A DNA stretch of 64,000 nt from a virus. This document shows, one piece after another, positions 49,253 to 56,538 of this stretch. The first letter of the stretch is position 1. Every line of letters starts with the position of its first letter. Both the position numbers and the translations under genes were made by a program. The notes below the pieces were generated by a model. That model searched no databases and was not told where the DNA came from. It saw only the letters and a program-made list of their open reading frames with translations. The stretch covers positions 3,496 through 67,495 of the IMG/VR virus record IMGVR_UViG_3300025536_000012, one strand, 5' to 3'.

Positions 49253-49255
49253 TTG

Positions 49256-49459
49256 TTACGCCGCTGCCGACGTTTCGATGGCGACCTTCTTCGTCTTCTT
49301 CTCTTCCTTCTTCTCCTTCAACGACTCGGCGCCCTTGTTGAGCACCTTGGCCGCACCAGCCAGAACAGCTCCGGTGATTGCTGCACCGAGAGCCATTCCC
49401 GCACCACGAGGAATGTTCTCCACGACAACCGAACCAACACGCTTGATAGAGCTCCACAT
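49256..49459 (-). CDS. small protein with a Gly/Ala-rich hydrophobic segment and KEKKEEKK tail (67 aa)
   Basis: Class-B promoter, conserved leader hairpin and SD (caggaggtgaacacATG). Sequence MWSSIKRVGSVVVENIPRGAGMALGAAITGAVLAGAAKVL. Confidence 0.55.
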   Translation of the reverse strand: MWSSIKRVGSVVVENIPRGAGMALGAAITGAVLAGAAKVLNKGAESLKEKKEEKKTKKVAIETSAAA

Positions 49460-49510
49460 GTGTTCACCTCCTGAAAGTTGTACAAGCACAAGGGGTGTGC
49501 TCGTTCATAA

Positions 49511-49520
49511 GTATTATCCC
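49511..49520 (-). promoter_or_regulatory. class-B promoter-like motif GGGGATAATA with conserved leader
   Basis: GGGATAATACTTATGAACGAGCACACCCCTTGTGCTTG...CAGGAGG: motif, AGCACA..TGTGCT hairpin, then SD. Confidence 0.45.
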
Positions 49521-49630
49521 CTCGATTAACTAGATAATTGCAGCTCATCGTATATACCTAGCGTTATCGAAAGGGGACCCAGTCTGTTTAAGGAGGGGGA
49601 CAGTGTGAACCTAGACCAGTAGGGGTACTT

Positions 49631-49990
49631 TTAAATTGCCCTACTAAAGCGCGACAGCCAGGCCCTAAATTTTTTCTTGAGGGGTGCTAGGAGGCGGCGC
49701 AGTAAATTTTTCTTGGGAGTTGGTTGAGCAGTACACGCTAGCAAGTCGTCAAGCAGCTCCTTGGACATCTTCTCTGAAAGATAGAGTCTAGGTCGCGCAG
49801 GATGATTGCTCCAACCATCGATCTTCTTGAAGGTCTTATTTAAGGCTTCTTTGGTCCAAGGATCTGTAGACATAACCTCGAGCTCGAAGAAGGCTTCTCC
49901 GTACTTGAAGAAGTCAGCCTCGTTGTCGAAGTCGCAACGACAAGGGAACAGCTTGCAGCCACATTTAGAACAAGGCATAAATAACTCCAT
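49631..49990 (-). CDS. Cys-rich protein with basic amphipathic C-terminus (about 119 aa, start at MELFMPC)
   Basis: CSKCGCKLFPCRC cluster. Its start codon overlaps the divergent plus-strand start by 2 nt. Its 3' end runs through A/T-rich direct repeats. Confidence 0.4.
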   Translation of the reverse strand: MELFMPCSKCGCKLFPCRCDFDNEADFFKYGEAFFELEVMSTDPWTKEALNKTFKKIDGWSNHPARPRLYLSEKMSKELLDDLLACTAQPTPKKNLLRRLLAPLKKKFRAWLSRFSRAI

Positions 49991-50360
49991 GCTTAGAGAA
50001 CGAAACAAAGAACTCGCCCTTCTGATGCTACGCAACCTGATGAGCGATATCGAAAGAGATAACTTCATCGTCATGGATGTTTCTATGGATACGTCAGATC
50101 CTAGAGTCACCGATCCGTATTCTTACGCTTCGGGTGAACAGGTGATGCAGGTACGAGTTCGCTTGGACGAGAAGAAGTTCCGAGATATCGCCGAGAAGGC
50201 AACAGCGGCGATGGAAGTAGCTGCCAAGCGCCACGAGTGCAAGGGTGGCTATGTGGGACAGAAGAAGCTGACATTCGATGGACAAACCGCGGACATCTTC
50301 AAGTTCAGCTGTGCTTGTGGAAAGCTCATCGAGATCTCTGGTATGGAGGCCTCGGTATAA
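49989..50360 (+). CDS. hypothetical protein (about 123 aa, start at MLRERNK)
   Basis: Protein-like composition in the plus frame; the antisense minus frame is Leu/Ser/Arg-rich. C-terminal CACGK. Confidence 0.45.
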   Translation: MLRERNKELALLMLRNLMSDIERDNFIVMDVSMDTSDPRVTDPYSYASGEQVMQVRVRLDEKKFRDIAEKATAAMEVAAKRHECKGGYVGQKKLTFDGQTADIFKFSCACGKLIEISGMEASV

Positions 50361-50443
50361 CGAACTAGTTCCGCATAATCTGAGCTCGAGGTACATCAGG
50401 ACGTTTTATCGTAGAATCTTTCGATGACTAGGAAGGCACATAA

Positions 50444-50623
50444 ATGAGCTGCCCGAGAAGACTAATGGTAAGCCCAGAGGCGACGGAATTCCTAGAGCAA
50501 GCAATTGCTGCCGGCCTGATCGCTGGCTATGACGTCGAACTCTCGGAAGATGGCTTGACGGTCAATACAACCGTCCATCTTGTTCAGCCGATAAAGTTCA
50601 TCGAGCTCAAGTTCACGATCTAA
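50444..50623 (+). CDS. small hypothetical protein (59 aa)
   Basis: SD ctaggaaggcacataaATG. Confidence 0.35.
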   Translation: MSCPRRLMVSPEATEFLEQAIAAGLIAGYDVELSEDGLTVNTTVHLVQPIKFIELKFTI

Positions 50624-50920
50624 GGAAAATTTTCCGGGTAAATTTTACTAAAGCCCGAGCTAAGGAAACTTTCTTTACTAGGCGCATCTAGAACAGGCCC
50701 TGTGGAAGCTCCTGGTGATTTTCTTTTTTACGGTAGTACCGGACAGCGAAGCATATGGAATGCGAGAACGTTCAGGAGTGCAGCGCTATCTTCTGGGCTA
50801 CGGACTTTGAACTCTACCCCGCACTTGTCACAGGTAGCCTCCGCCATCAATACGACAGGATACTCTTCTTGTTGTATGGGACGTAGGACAAGACTGAAGA
50901 ACGCATGTTCCATGGAGCTC

Positions 50921-51436
50921 CTAGTAGTAGGTGAAGCTATCGAGCTTGGACTTCGTTCGTTCTTTGCAGAGGAGACCGAATGTCCTCTTCAAATCCTTCG
51001 GATGACCTACCGCAGCAGCAAGAACATGCTCGGCGTTGTAGACGTAGCGATGGTTGGGTGATCCTTCCATCTGTCCGGCTTGCCAGCGGTCGTTTTGATT
51101 CCACTCGATGAATTCTGCGTGGAAACCGTCTGTATTGGTGAAGCCCATCTGGTAAAGCCAGTCAGAGAAGTCCTCTCCATCGAATCCCATATCCTTGATC
51201 TGAGCTCCGCATTTAGAGCAGAACTCTGAGGATGGGTCTTTCTCTTTCGAAGCTGTACAACACTTCTTGAGCTTAGGTTTCCTGTCGATCATGAACTGCT
51301 CTTTGAGGAACGTGGCCAGATCTACCAAGGCTTCTTTGGCATCTTTGAACTGCTCCTCTGAGACCCACGGCATGTATGAGAGGCTCTGACTCTCGACGTA
51401 TCCAAAATTCAGAACGAAGGTGTAGCGTTTTCCCAT
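50921..51436 (-). CDS. hypothetical protein with Cys pairs (171 aa), probably leaderless
   Basis: GGGATAAGCCTGTATG: the ATG lies 5 nt after the motif with no SD. CCTASKEK...CSKCG zinc-ribbon-like. Confidence 0.5.
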   Translation of the reverse strand: MGKRYTFVLNFGYVESQSLSYMPWVSEEQFKDAKEALVDLATFLKEQFMIDRKPKLKKCCTASKEKDPSSEFCSKCGAQIKDMGFDGEDFSDWLYQMGFTNTDGFHAEFIEWNQNDRWQAGQMEGSPNHRYVYNAEHVLAAAVGHPKDLKRTFGLLCKERTKSKLDSFTYY

Positions 51437-51440
51437 ACAG

Positions 51441-51449
51441 GCTTATCCC
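51441..51449 (-). promoter_or_regulatory. promoter-like motif GGGATAAGC directly abutting a start codon (leaderless class)
   Basis: ATAAG-cctgt-ATG spacing places the ATG at the position expected for +1. Confidence 0.45.
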
Positions 51450-51488
51450 TGACTACTGGCAAAAAAACGACTACAGCCGAGTACTCGA

Positions 51489-51677
51489 TCATGACCTCAT
51501 CCATCCGTAGCGAAGACTTTCACTGGACCAAGGAGTCCAATTACTGGTCGGGCGCTTGAAGAGGACCCATTCGTAGAGCTCGTACATCATTTCTTGATGT
51601 CCGAAGTAGGTCACCTTCCGAGCATGGATCCCGGCACAAGCTGCGGCGTAGAGGAAAGACGCCAGAAGATCTTCCAT
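51489..51677 (-). CDS. hypothetical small protein (62 aa)
   Basis: SD gtggaggttccgtaATG; TAATG overlap with the upstream gene. Confidence 0.4.
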   Translation of the reverse strand: MEDLLASFLYAAACAGIHARKVTYFGHQEMMYELYEWVLFKRPTSNWTPWSSESLRYGWMRS

Positions 51678-51898
51678 TACGGAACCTCCACGTAACACAT
51701 CGATCCCTTGACCGCCGTCTGCCTATTGGGCGGAAGGACATCGAAGTGGGCGCTGTGGATGTACCAACCGGAGACATGCTCCTTCGCCTTTTGAAGGGCT
51801 AGCTCCTTGGAGGCGGCCTTGATGTGGAGCTCGTAGTACCTCTCCGCATTCATGTCCGTGATGGACTGAGCGCTGACGGCAACAACGAACTCCATCAT
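51677..51898 (-). CDS. hypothetical protein (73 aa)
   Basis: ORF; ATGA overlap with the upstream gene. Confidence 0.4.
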   Translation of the reverse strand: MMEFVVAVSAQSITDMNAERYYELHIKAASKELALQKAKEHVSGWYIHSAHFDVLPPNRQTAVKGSMCYVEVP

Positions 51899-52521
51899 AG
51901 GGATTCTCCTTGAGGGATGGAGTCACTTGTGGCACCCTCGTTGATCGCCCGAATCGTACGTTCCGCCCGTTCGACAATTCTTTCGATACGTCGACGGTGC
52001 GTTGTTCCGCACGATTCGCAGTTGGAGAAGGTTCCCCAGCCAGTCTTGTTCTTGGCTCCCCATCCCATCCCCAAGTACTCTTCTCGAGTAACGACTACGC
52101 CGCAGCTCCGGCAGAACTTCCGATCCTTCGTCGAGGTCGTGCAGCACTTGCGGAGCTTCGCCATCTTGATGCGAGGTCCCGTATGTTTCTGCCCGCACGC
52201 CGTACAGAAGACGGTCGTAGGATCGATACCCTCATGGATCTCTTTGAGGGCAGCTTCCGTGATCTTATCCGAGACCACTTTCCTATCGACGCCCTCGACC
52301 GCCCAACCGAACTTCCAGAGCCGGTCCTTGTGATCTCGGAACCTGCGGCTGAGCCCGAAGCCTTTGATGCCGAGACGGAACATCTGCGCCAGATTGGGGG
52401 CGCCCGACCCCTCATAGATGTCGGCTAGGACCAACATCGATTCGTGATCGCATGCCCGCGCTGAGAGAAGAACCGGCTCTGGAGTACCATCTCCAAGAAT
52501 CGGACTGATCACTTTCATCAT
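51895..52521 (-). CDS. hypothetical protein with zinc-ribbon-like Cys clusters (208 aa)
   Basis: Class-B promoter, leader and SD upstream. CTACGQKH...CRSCG...CESCG. Confidence 0.55.
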   Translation of the reverse strand: MMKVISPILGDGTPEPVLLSARACDHESMLVLADIYEGSGAPNLAQMFRLGIKGFGLSRRFRDHKDRLWKFGWAVEGVDRKVVSDKITEAALKEIHEGIDPTTVFCTACGQKHTGPRIKMAKLRKCCTTSTKDRKFCRSCGVVVTREEYLGMGWGAKNKTGWGTFSNCESCGTTHRRRIERIVERAERTIRAINEGATSDSIPQGESL

Positions 52522-52559
52522 CGCCTCCTAAAGTAAGCCCAAGGAAGTGGGCTCCACTA

Positions 52560-52569
52560 TATTATCTCC
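52560..52569 (-). promoter_or_regulatory. class-B promoter-like motif GGAGATAATA with conserved leader hairpin
   Basis: GGAGATAATATAGTGGAGCCCACTTCCTTGGGCTTACTTTAGGAGG. Confidence 0.45.
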
Positions 52570-52659
52570 TAGGATGTCTAGGAATTGCCGATTTGGGGCT
52601 CTGTAGTGGGCTCTATTTACCAGGCAAAGAAATCCAGACAGCTTCAAGGCTGCTGGATG

Positions 52660-52899
52660 TTATCCGAACTTCTCCATGAAGGCCTCGGCCCGAGCTTCTA
52701 TCATTGCCAAACTGAACTTCAACGCTCCTCCGAAAACGGATAGCGCGAAGACATGCCTGTGGGTGATCGCAGGATAGGCCTTCTCGTTAGCGCAGAGCAT
52801 TCCGAGCACAGAATTCAAGGTGTCGGACAGTAGCGCTGCCTTGATGAGGCTCATATCTTTCTCGAATGGTTCGGACTCGTCCGTAGGATGGTTCAACAT
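52660..52899 (-). CDS. hypothetical protein (79 aa)
   Basis: ORF. Confidence 0.35.
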   Translation of the reverse strand: MLNHPTDESEPFEKDMSLIKAALLSDTLNSVLGMLCANEKAYPAITHRHVFALSVFGGALKFSLAMIEARAEAFMEKFG

Positions 52900-53032
52900 C
52901 GTAGCGAATCCTCGAAGCTGGATCTGGTGGTGGGGTGGTGACCTCCAACCTATCCGCCTCGAGGATGATGTTGACGGCGGAGACCAAGTCCTTGCGAGAG
53001 AAGTCTTTGTCGAATTTGACCTTGATCTTCAT

Positions 53033-53248
53033 CTACCACCCCTTCTTCATGACGAGGACGTTGTGGATACCGGACACCAACTCCGTCGAAGCAATCATCG
53101 GAAGAAGAACTATCTCGCCGACCAGTCTGCCGAGTTTACCGGGAAGGACTTTCTGCATCTTCTTGATGATGGACTCACCAAGAGTATGGCCGGCGATCGA
53201 GACCCGACCATGGTGGATGCCGTAGTTGAATCTGTTGCAGACCCTCAT
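53033..53248 (-). CDS. hypothetical protein (71 aa)
   Basis: ORF. Confidence 0.35.
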   Translation of the reverse strand: MRVCNRFNYGIHHGRVSIAGHTLGESIIKKMQKVLPGKLGRLVGEIVLLPMIASTELVSGIHNVLVMKKGW

Positions 53249-53643
53249 TAGTCCACCGTCCAGCGAGGATACTGCTCGGTGGCCAGGAACTCGAATTTAT
53301 CGACCTTGGCCTCCTCGAGCCTCTGATGAAGTGCGCTTCGAGCGATGCCTTGAACGTCCTGACGATGGACATCGAGTTTCCCATCACACATCAAGTCGGG
53401 ATAGAGCACCACGGTCTCCACTTGACGAACTAGCTCACAGAGCAAGTCGCGAATAGCGAGAGCAAAGTGATTCCTCGGCCGCCAGTCCAACTCGAGCTTT
53501 GCGATCAGCAGATCGTGAGGATTTCTTGATAGTGGCAACTCGCAAGGAAGCTCCACTTGATACACGTGAGCAAGCTCCACGATCTCACGTGTAGCTTCCG
53601 CCACGATGTGATCGAAGCGCTGCCTCATAGTAAGTTTGGTCAT
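53248..53643 (-). CDS. hypothetical protein (131 aa)
   Basis: Class-B promoter and leader upstream (GGGATAATAGATTGTGAGGCAATTCCGCTTCATCTTTTAGGAAGG...ATG). Confidence 0.5.
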   Translation of the reverse strand: MTKLTMRQRFDHIVAEATREIVELAHVYQVELPCELPLSRNPHDLLIAKLELDWRPRNHFALAIRDLLCELVRQVETVVLYPDLMCDGKLDVHRQDVQGIARSALHQRLEEAKVDKFEFLATEQYPRWTVD

Positions 53644-53684
53644 CGACGCCCTTCCTAAAAGATGAAGCGGAATTGCCTCACAAT

Positions 53685-53694
53685 CTATTATCCC
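53685..53694 (-). promoter_or_regulatory. class-B promoter-like motif GGGATAATAG with conserved leader
   Basis: See the promoter-family finding. Confidence 0.45.
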
Positions 53695-53990
53695 GCCAAA
53701 TAGCCAGGAATTGAGGAATGGGCAAAGAACGAAGGGTCATCCTAGACGAACCTTCTCTATTCGTTTTCTACTACAGGCCATACGAACTTCTGCCCGTAAT
53801 TACGATCAATCTGCGCGATGTCCGGCATACGCACGTTCCTGAGCGTTCATCAAACTGCCGCGGGGAGCTCAGTCCAAGGCCAGCAGTGACTTCCAGAGCT
53901 CATTCTCGAGATTGTCCGTTAGCCCAAGTCTTAGAAGCTTAGGACCTTACACAGTAAGAGCAACCGCATACCAAGGATGGAAGCGCCACC

Positions 53991-54404
53991 CTACAATCTC
54001 CATTTCTTTAGTGGCTCGTGGAGGAGACCGGTGATCTCGTGAAGTTGATCGACTTTAACGAACTTCTGAGTTCCTGGTTCGTATCCTCTGGTGATGGCGA
54101 AGTGTATATCTATGAGCTGGACTTGAGGCATGCGTCCAGGAACGTAGACATCCAAGATCTTTCCGTAGGGACCATCCCCAAGAACTATCCACGTATGTTC
54201 GATGCACCAAAGAGATCCATCGACAACCGTGTTATCGAAGTCTTTGAATGTAAGGATCTTGCTGATGGCTCTGGCGAGTTCGTGACAACGAATCTCCTGG
54301 CCACCTAGCTTGTGGATCTCCAACGAATCGACGAGGTACGTAGCGAGCTCGAAGGCTTGTTTGACGTTTCCGCTGAAGATGTGTCGTTCGCTGTAGCTCT
54401 TCAT
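53991..54404 (-). CDS. hypothetical protein (137 aa)
   Basis: ORF. Confidence 0.45.
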   Translation of the reverse strand: MKSYSERHIFSGNVKQAFELATYLVDSLEIHKLGGQEIRCHELARAISKILTFKDFDNTVVDGSLWCIEHTWIVLGDGPYGKILDVYVPGRMPQVQLIDIHFAITRGYEPGTQKFVKVDQLHEITGLLHEPLKKWRL

Positions 54405-54703
54405 GGTTGTGGATCATCCCCGATGCAGTCGTAGCAAACGATGTCATGATCACCAGAGCCGTACGTATAGGGCTTACCTGGAATGGAACGATTGACGATA
54501 GGTGTTTTGCACCTGCCGCAAGGACCCATCACCTCGTACTCGTATTCCTCCGTCTTTTGTAGATGCTCTTCAGTCCCAACCCAGTCTGGAGACATATCGG
54601 GCTTCTTAGAAGACGCGAGTTGAACTGCCTCCTCGTAAGAATCAGCTTCAATAATGACCTCAGCAGTGACAGTCTTGGTGAAGTGAACGCGAAAGTTATT
54701 CAC
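54401..54703 (-). CDS. hypothetical protein with C-terminal Cys cluster (100 aa)
   Basis: GPCGRCK...CYDCIGDD. Confidence 0.45.
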   Translation of the reverse strand: MNNFRVHFTKTVTAEVIIEADSYEEAVQLASSKKPDMSPDWVGTEEHLQKTEEYEYEVMGPCGRCKTPIVNRSIPGKPYTYGSGDHDIVCYDCIGDDPQP

Positions 54704-54885
54704 GCGACGACCTCTACTTCCGCAACGATGTACGAGGATCCGTACGATCCTTCACGTTCTGAGACCTTGAGCCTGATCTTGGAGTTCTGATTGATTGGGT
54801 TATATCCGAAGAGTTCCCCGAGGGTGATCGTTTCTTCTTGGTCTTTTGGCCCAGAGAACCCAATGGTCAGAGATAGTTTCTTCAT
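54700..54885 (-). CDS. small protein (61 aa), probably leaderless
   Basis: GAGATAAGATTGTATG puts the motif 5 nt before the ATG. Confidence 0.4.
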   Translation of the reverse strand: MKKLSLTIGFSGPKDQEETITLGELFGYNPINQNSKIRLKVSEREGSYGSSYIVAEVEVVA

Positions 54886-54890
54886 ACAAT

Positions 54891-54898
54891 CTTATCTC
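54891..54898 (-). promoter_or_regulatory. promoter-like motif GAGATAAG (leaderless class)
   Basis: Immediately downstream of the terminator cassette at 54900-54938. Confidence 0.45.
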
Positions 54899-54899
54899 A

Positions 54900-54938
54900 G
54901 AAATAGACAAAAACGGAGCAAGCTCCTCTGTTCTTTAC
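54900..54938 (-). terminator. conserved terminator cassette
   Basis: Coding strand AGAACAGAGG-AGCTTGCTCC-GTTTTTGTCTATTT, with the GGAGC..GCTCC hairpin. Confidence 0.6.
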
Positions 54939-55050
54939 GTAGTTCGGCCCTCACCAACCGCTCGATACCGGTTTTGCAGGCAGACATTACGTCATAACGA
55001 ACACAGACCGGACCTTAGCAAGTGTCCCAGAGCCGATAGCTTTTTTCGCG

Positions 55051-55380
55051 TTACCTGATGATACCGTACTTCAGCGTGGTTCGTAGAATCGCCATACCTA
55101 CGATGTGAATGATCTTGAGGTTGGAGATGCTGTTCTCGTGAGTACAGATCTTCTCCAGAAGGTTTTCGAGGAGATCGAAGGTTCGGACAGCGTCGAAGAT
55201 GTCGAACTCAAGGATTCCGGATCCAGGACCTGGTGATAGAGACTTCTCCACCTTCGTTCTCAGAACTGCCAGAAGTTCCTTCTGATCCTCTGTTCCGTTT
55301 GGATCTATCATCCATTCTTGGACGATGCAGCAGGCTTCCTTCAGGATGTTCGCATCGGAAGTCGGAAATAGTATCTTCAT
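55051..55380 (-). CDS. hypothetical protein (about 110 aa)
   Basis: ATGA overlap with the upstream zinc-ribbon gene. Confidence 0.4.
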   Translation of the reverse strand: MKILFPTSDANILKEACCIVQEWMIDPNGTEDQKELLAVLRTKVEKSLSPGPGSGILEFDIFDAVRTFDLLENLLEKICTHENSISNLKIIHIVGMAILRTTLKYGIIR

Positions 55381-55583
55381 GCTGCCTTCTTGTCGTGACG
55401 ATGCAGATAACACCAACAATCGTCGCAGTGAAACGGGAGATCGTCTGCGGCTCCATAGCACCAAGGAACGCATCGCTTGCATCCCTGGCATTTATAGAAC
55501 CGCATGATCTTACCCTTCTGGTTGACGCATCCTGCGCAGATACACCTCGGAATGGCTTTTCTGAATATCTTGCTGAAGCTCAT
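55377..55583 (-). CDS. Cys-rich zinc-ribbon protein (68 aa)
   Basis: CICAGCVNQ...CQGCKRCVPWC...CDDCWC. Confidence 0.45.
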   Translation of the reverse strand: MSFSKIFRKAIPRCICAGCVNQKGKIMRFYKCQGCKRCVPWCYGAADDLPFHCDDCWCYLHRHDKKAA

Positions 55584-55963
55584 GGTTTATCGCTGAAATT
55601 AGAGAGATCGGAAATCCGAACTCGATGTTGATAGCCAACCTCGGCTGTCAAATCGCTGGTGACTCCGACGTCCCCATATGTGCTGGCCATGACGACTTGA
55701 ATGCGAACACCCTTGTAATCGGCGAAGAGCTTGGGGTAGGGCTCCTTAGACAACATGCCGTGAGCAGGTGAACGAGCTCGTTTGAGGTACGTCCTCAACA
55801 CCTGAGGCGCTTCAGGATCCTCGATGTAATCGTCGCAATGTTTGAAGTTAGATCGTTCCATTACCGCTTGGGTCCTTTGTCTCGGCATTTCTTCGTGCCG
55901 AATACGGGGAGCTCTGGACGAAACGCCCATTTGCGTTTCTTTCCACACCACTTCTTCTTGCAA
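55580..55963 (-). CDS. hypothetical protein (up to 127 aa, start uncertain)
   Basis: ORF. Confidence 0.4.
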   Translation of the reverse strand: MQEEVVWKETQMGVSSRAPRIRHEEMPRQRTQAVMERSNFKHCDDYIEDPEAPQVLRTYLKRARSPAHGMLSKEPYPKLFADYKGVRIQVVMASTYGDVGVTSDLTAEVGYQHRVRISDLSNFSDKP

Positions 55964-55975
55964 CGCTTACATCTC

Positions 55976-56464
55976 TTACTCACGGGTCACCAGATCGTCC
56001 TTGAGTGGGTACCACTCCTCTTGGTCACCGAGGCGTGCATTGAGTTGTTCGACCGACTCGGTATTGAGATGAAGACCTTCGCGAACGATACCAACATACA
56101 CCGTCAACCAGAAATTGCGGATGGTACCGTCTGGATGTTTGTATCCGATGATCTCCGCAGCGTGAGCAAAATGCATCACCCAGTGCATGGGATAGTGGTC
56201 TAGCCCCTTCTTGAGATCTACGAAGTCGTTCTCCGAGATCGTCGTCTTCATGTACTTATCAACCTCGCTATCCATGACGTTAATCATGGCCGGGTAGAAC
56301 AAGACCGAACGTAGCTTCCTCGTGAACTTCTTGCTGACATCTTCTTTAGGAATACCGTCGCATCCACGAAGAGCGGATAGAAGAACTGCCTGTTCCTTGA
56401 ACGAGCAGCACTCGGCCAACCAAGGACGGACGACCGATTTACCAACGTGTAGTTTTCTCTGCAT
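55976..56464 (-). CDS. hypothetical protein (162 aa), probably leaderless
   Basis: GAGATAAGCAAGTATG puts the motif 5 nt before the ATG. Confidence 0.5.
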   Translation of the reverse strand: MQRKLHVGKSVVRPWLAECCSFKEQAVLLSALRGCDGIPKEDVSKKFTRKLRSVLFYPAMINVMDSEVDKYMKTTISENDFVDLKKGLDHYPMHWVMHFAHAAEIIGYKHPDGTIRNFWLTVYVGIVREGLHLNTESVEQLNARLGDQEEWYPLKDDLVTRE

Positions 56465-56468
56465 ACTT

Positions 56469-56477
56469 GCTTATCTC
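56469..56477 (-). promoter_or_regulatory. promoter-like motif GAGATAAGC (leaderless class)
   Basis: Third copy with ATAAG-N5-ATG spacing. Confidence 0.45.
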
Positions 56478-56538
56478 AGCAAAGAAAACCGTATCCATTT
56501 GGGTATGCTAATTTTTTGGTAAGTGATACTGTCTGTTC

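Noticed and set aside
48583-49255. Possible tRNA genes in the non-coding island and in the RyR-gene 3' UTR (36276-36450).
   Set aside because: A scan for T-loop consensus (GGTTCGANTCC or its reverse complement) with acceptor-stem pairing found none. The negative is not fully reliable without tRNAscan.
49239-49529. Plus-strand ORFs (49239-49529, 49253-49474) opposite the small minus gene.
   Set aside because: The minus-strand gene has the conserved class-B promoter, leader and SD, and membrane-protein-like composition. The plus frames are Arg/Leu/Ser-rich antisense artefacts.
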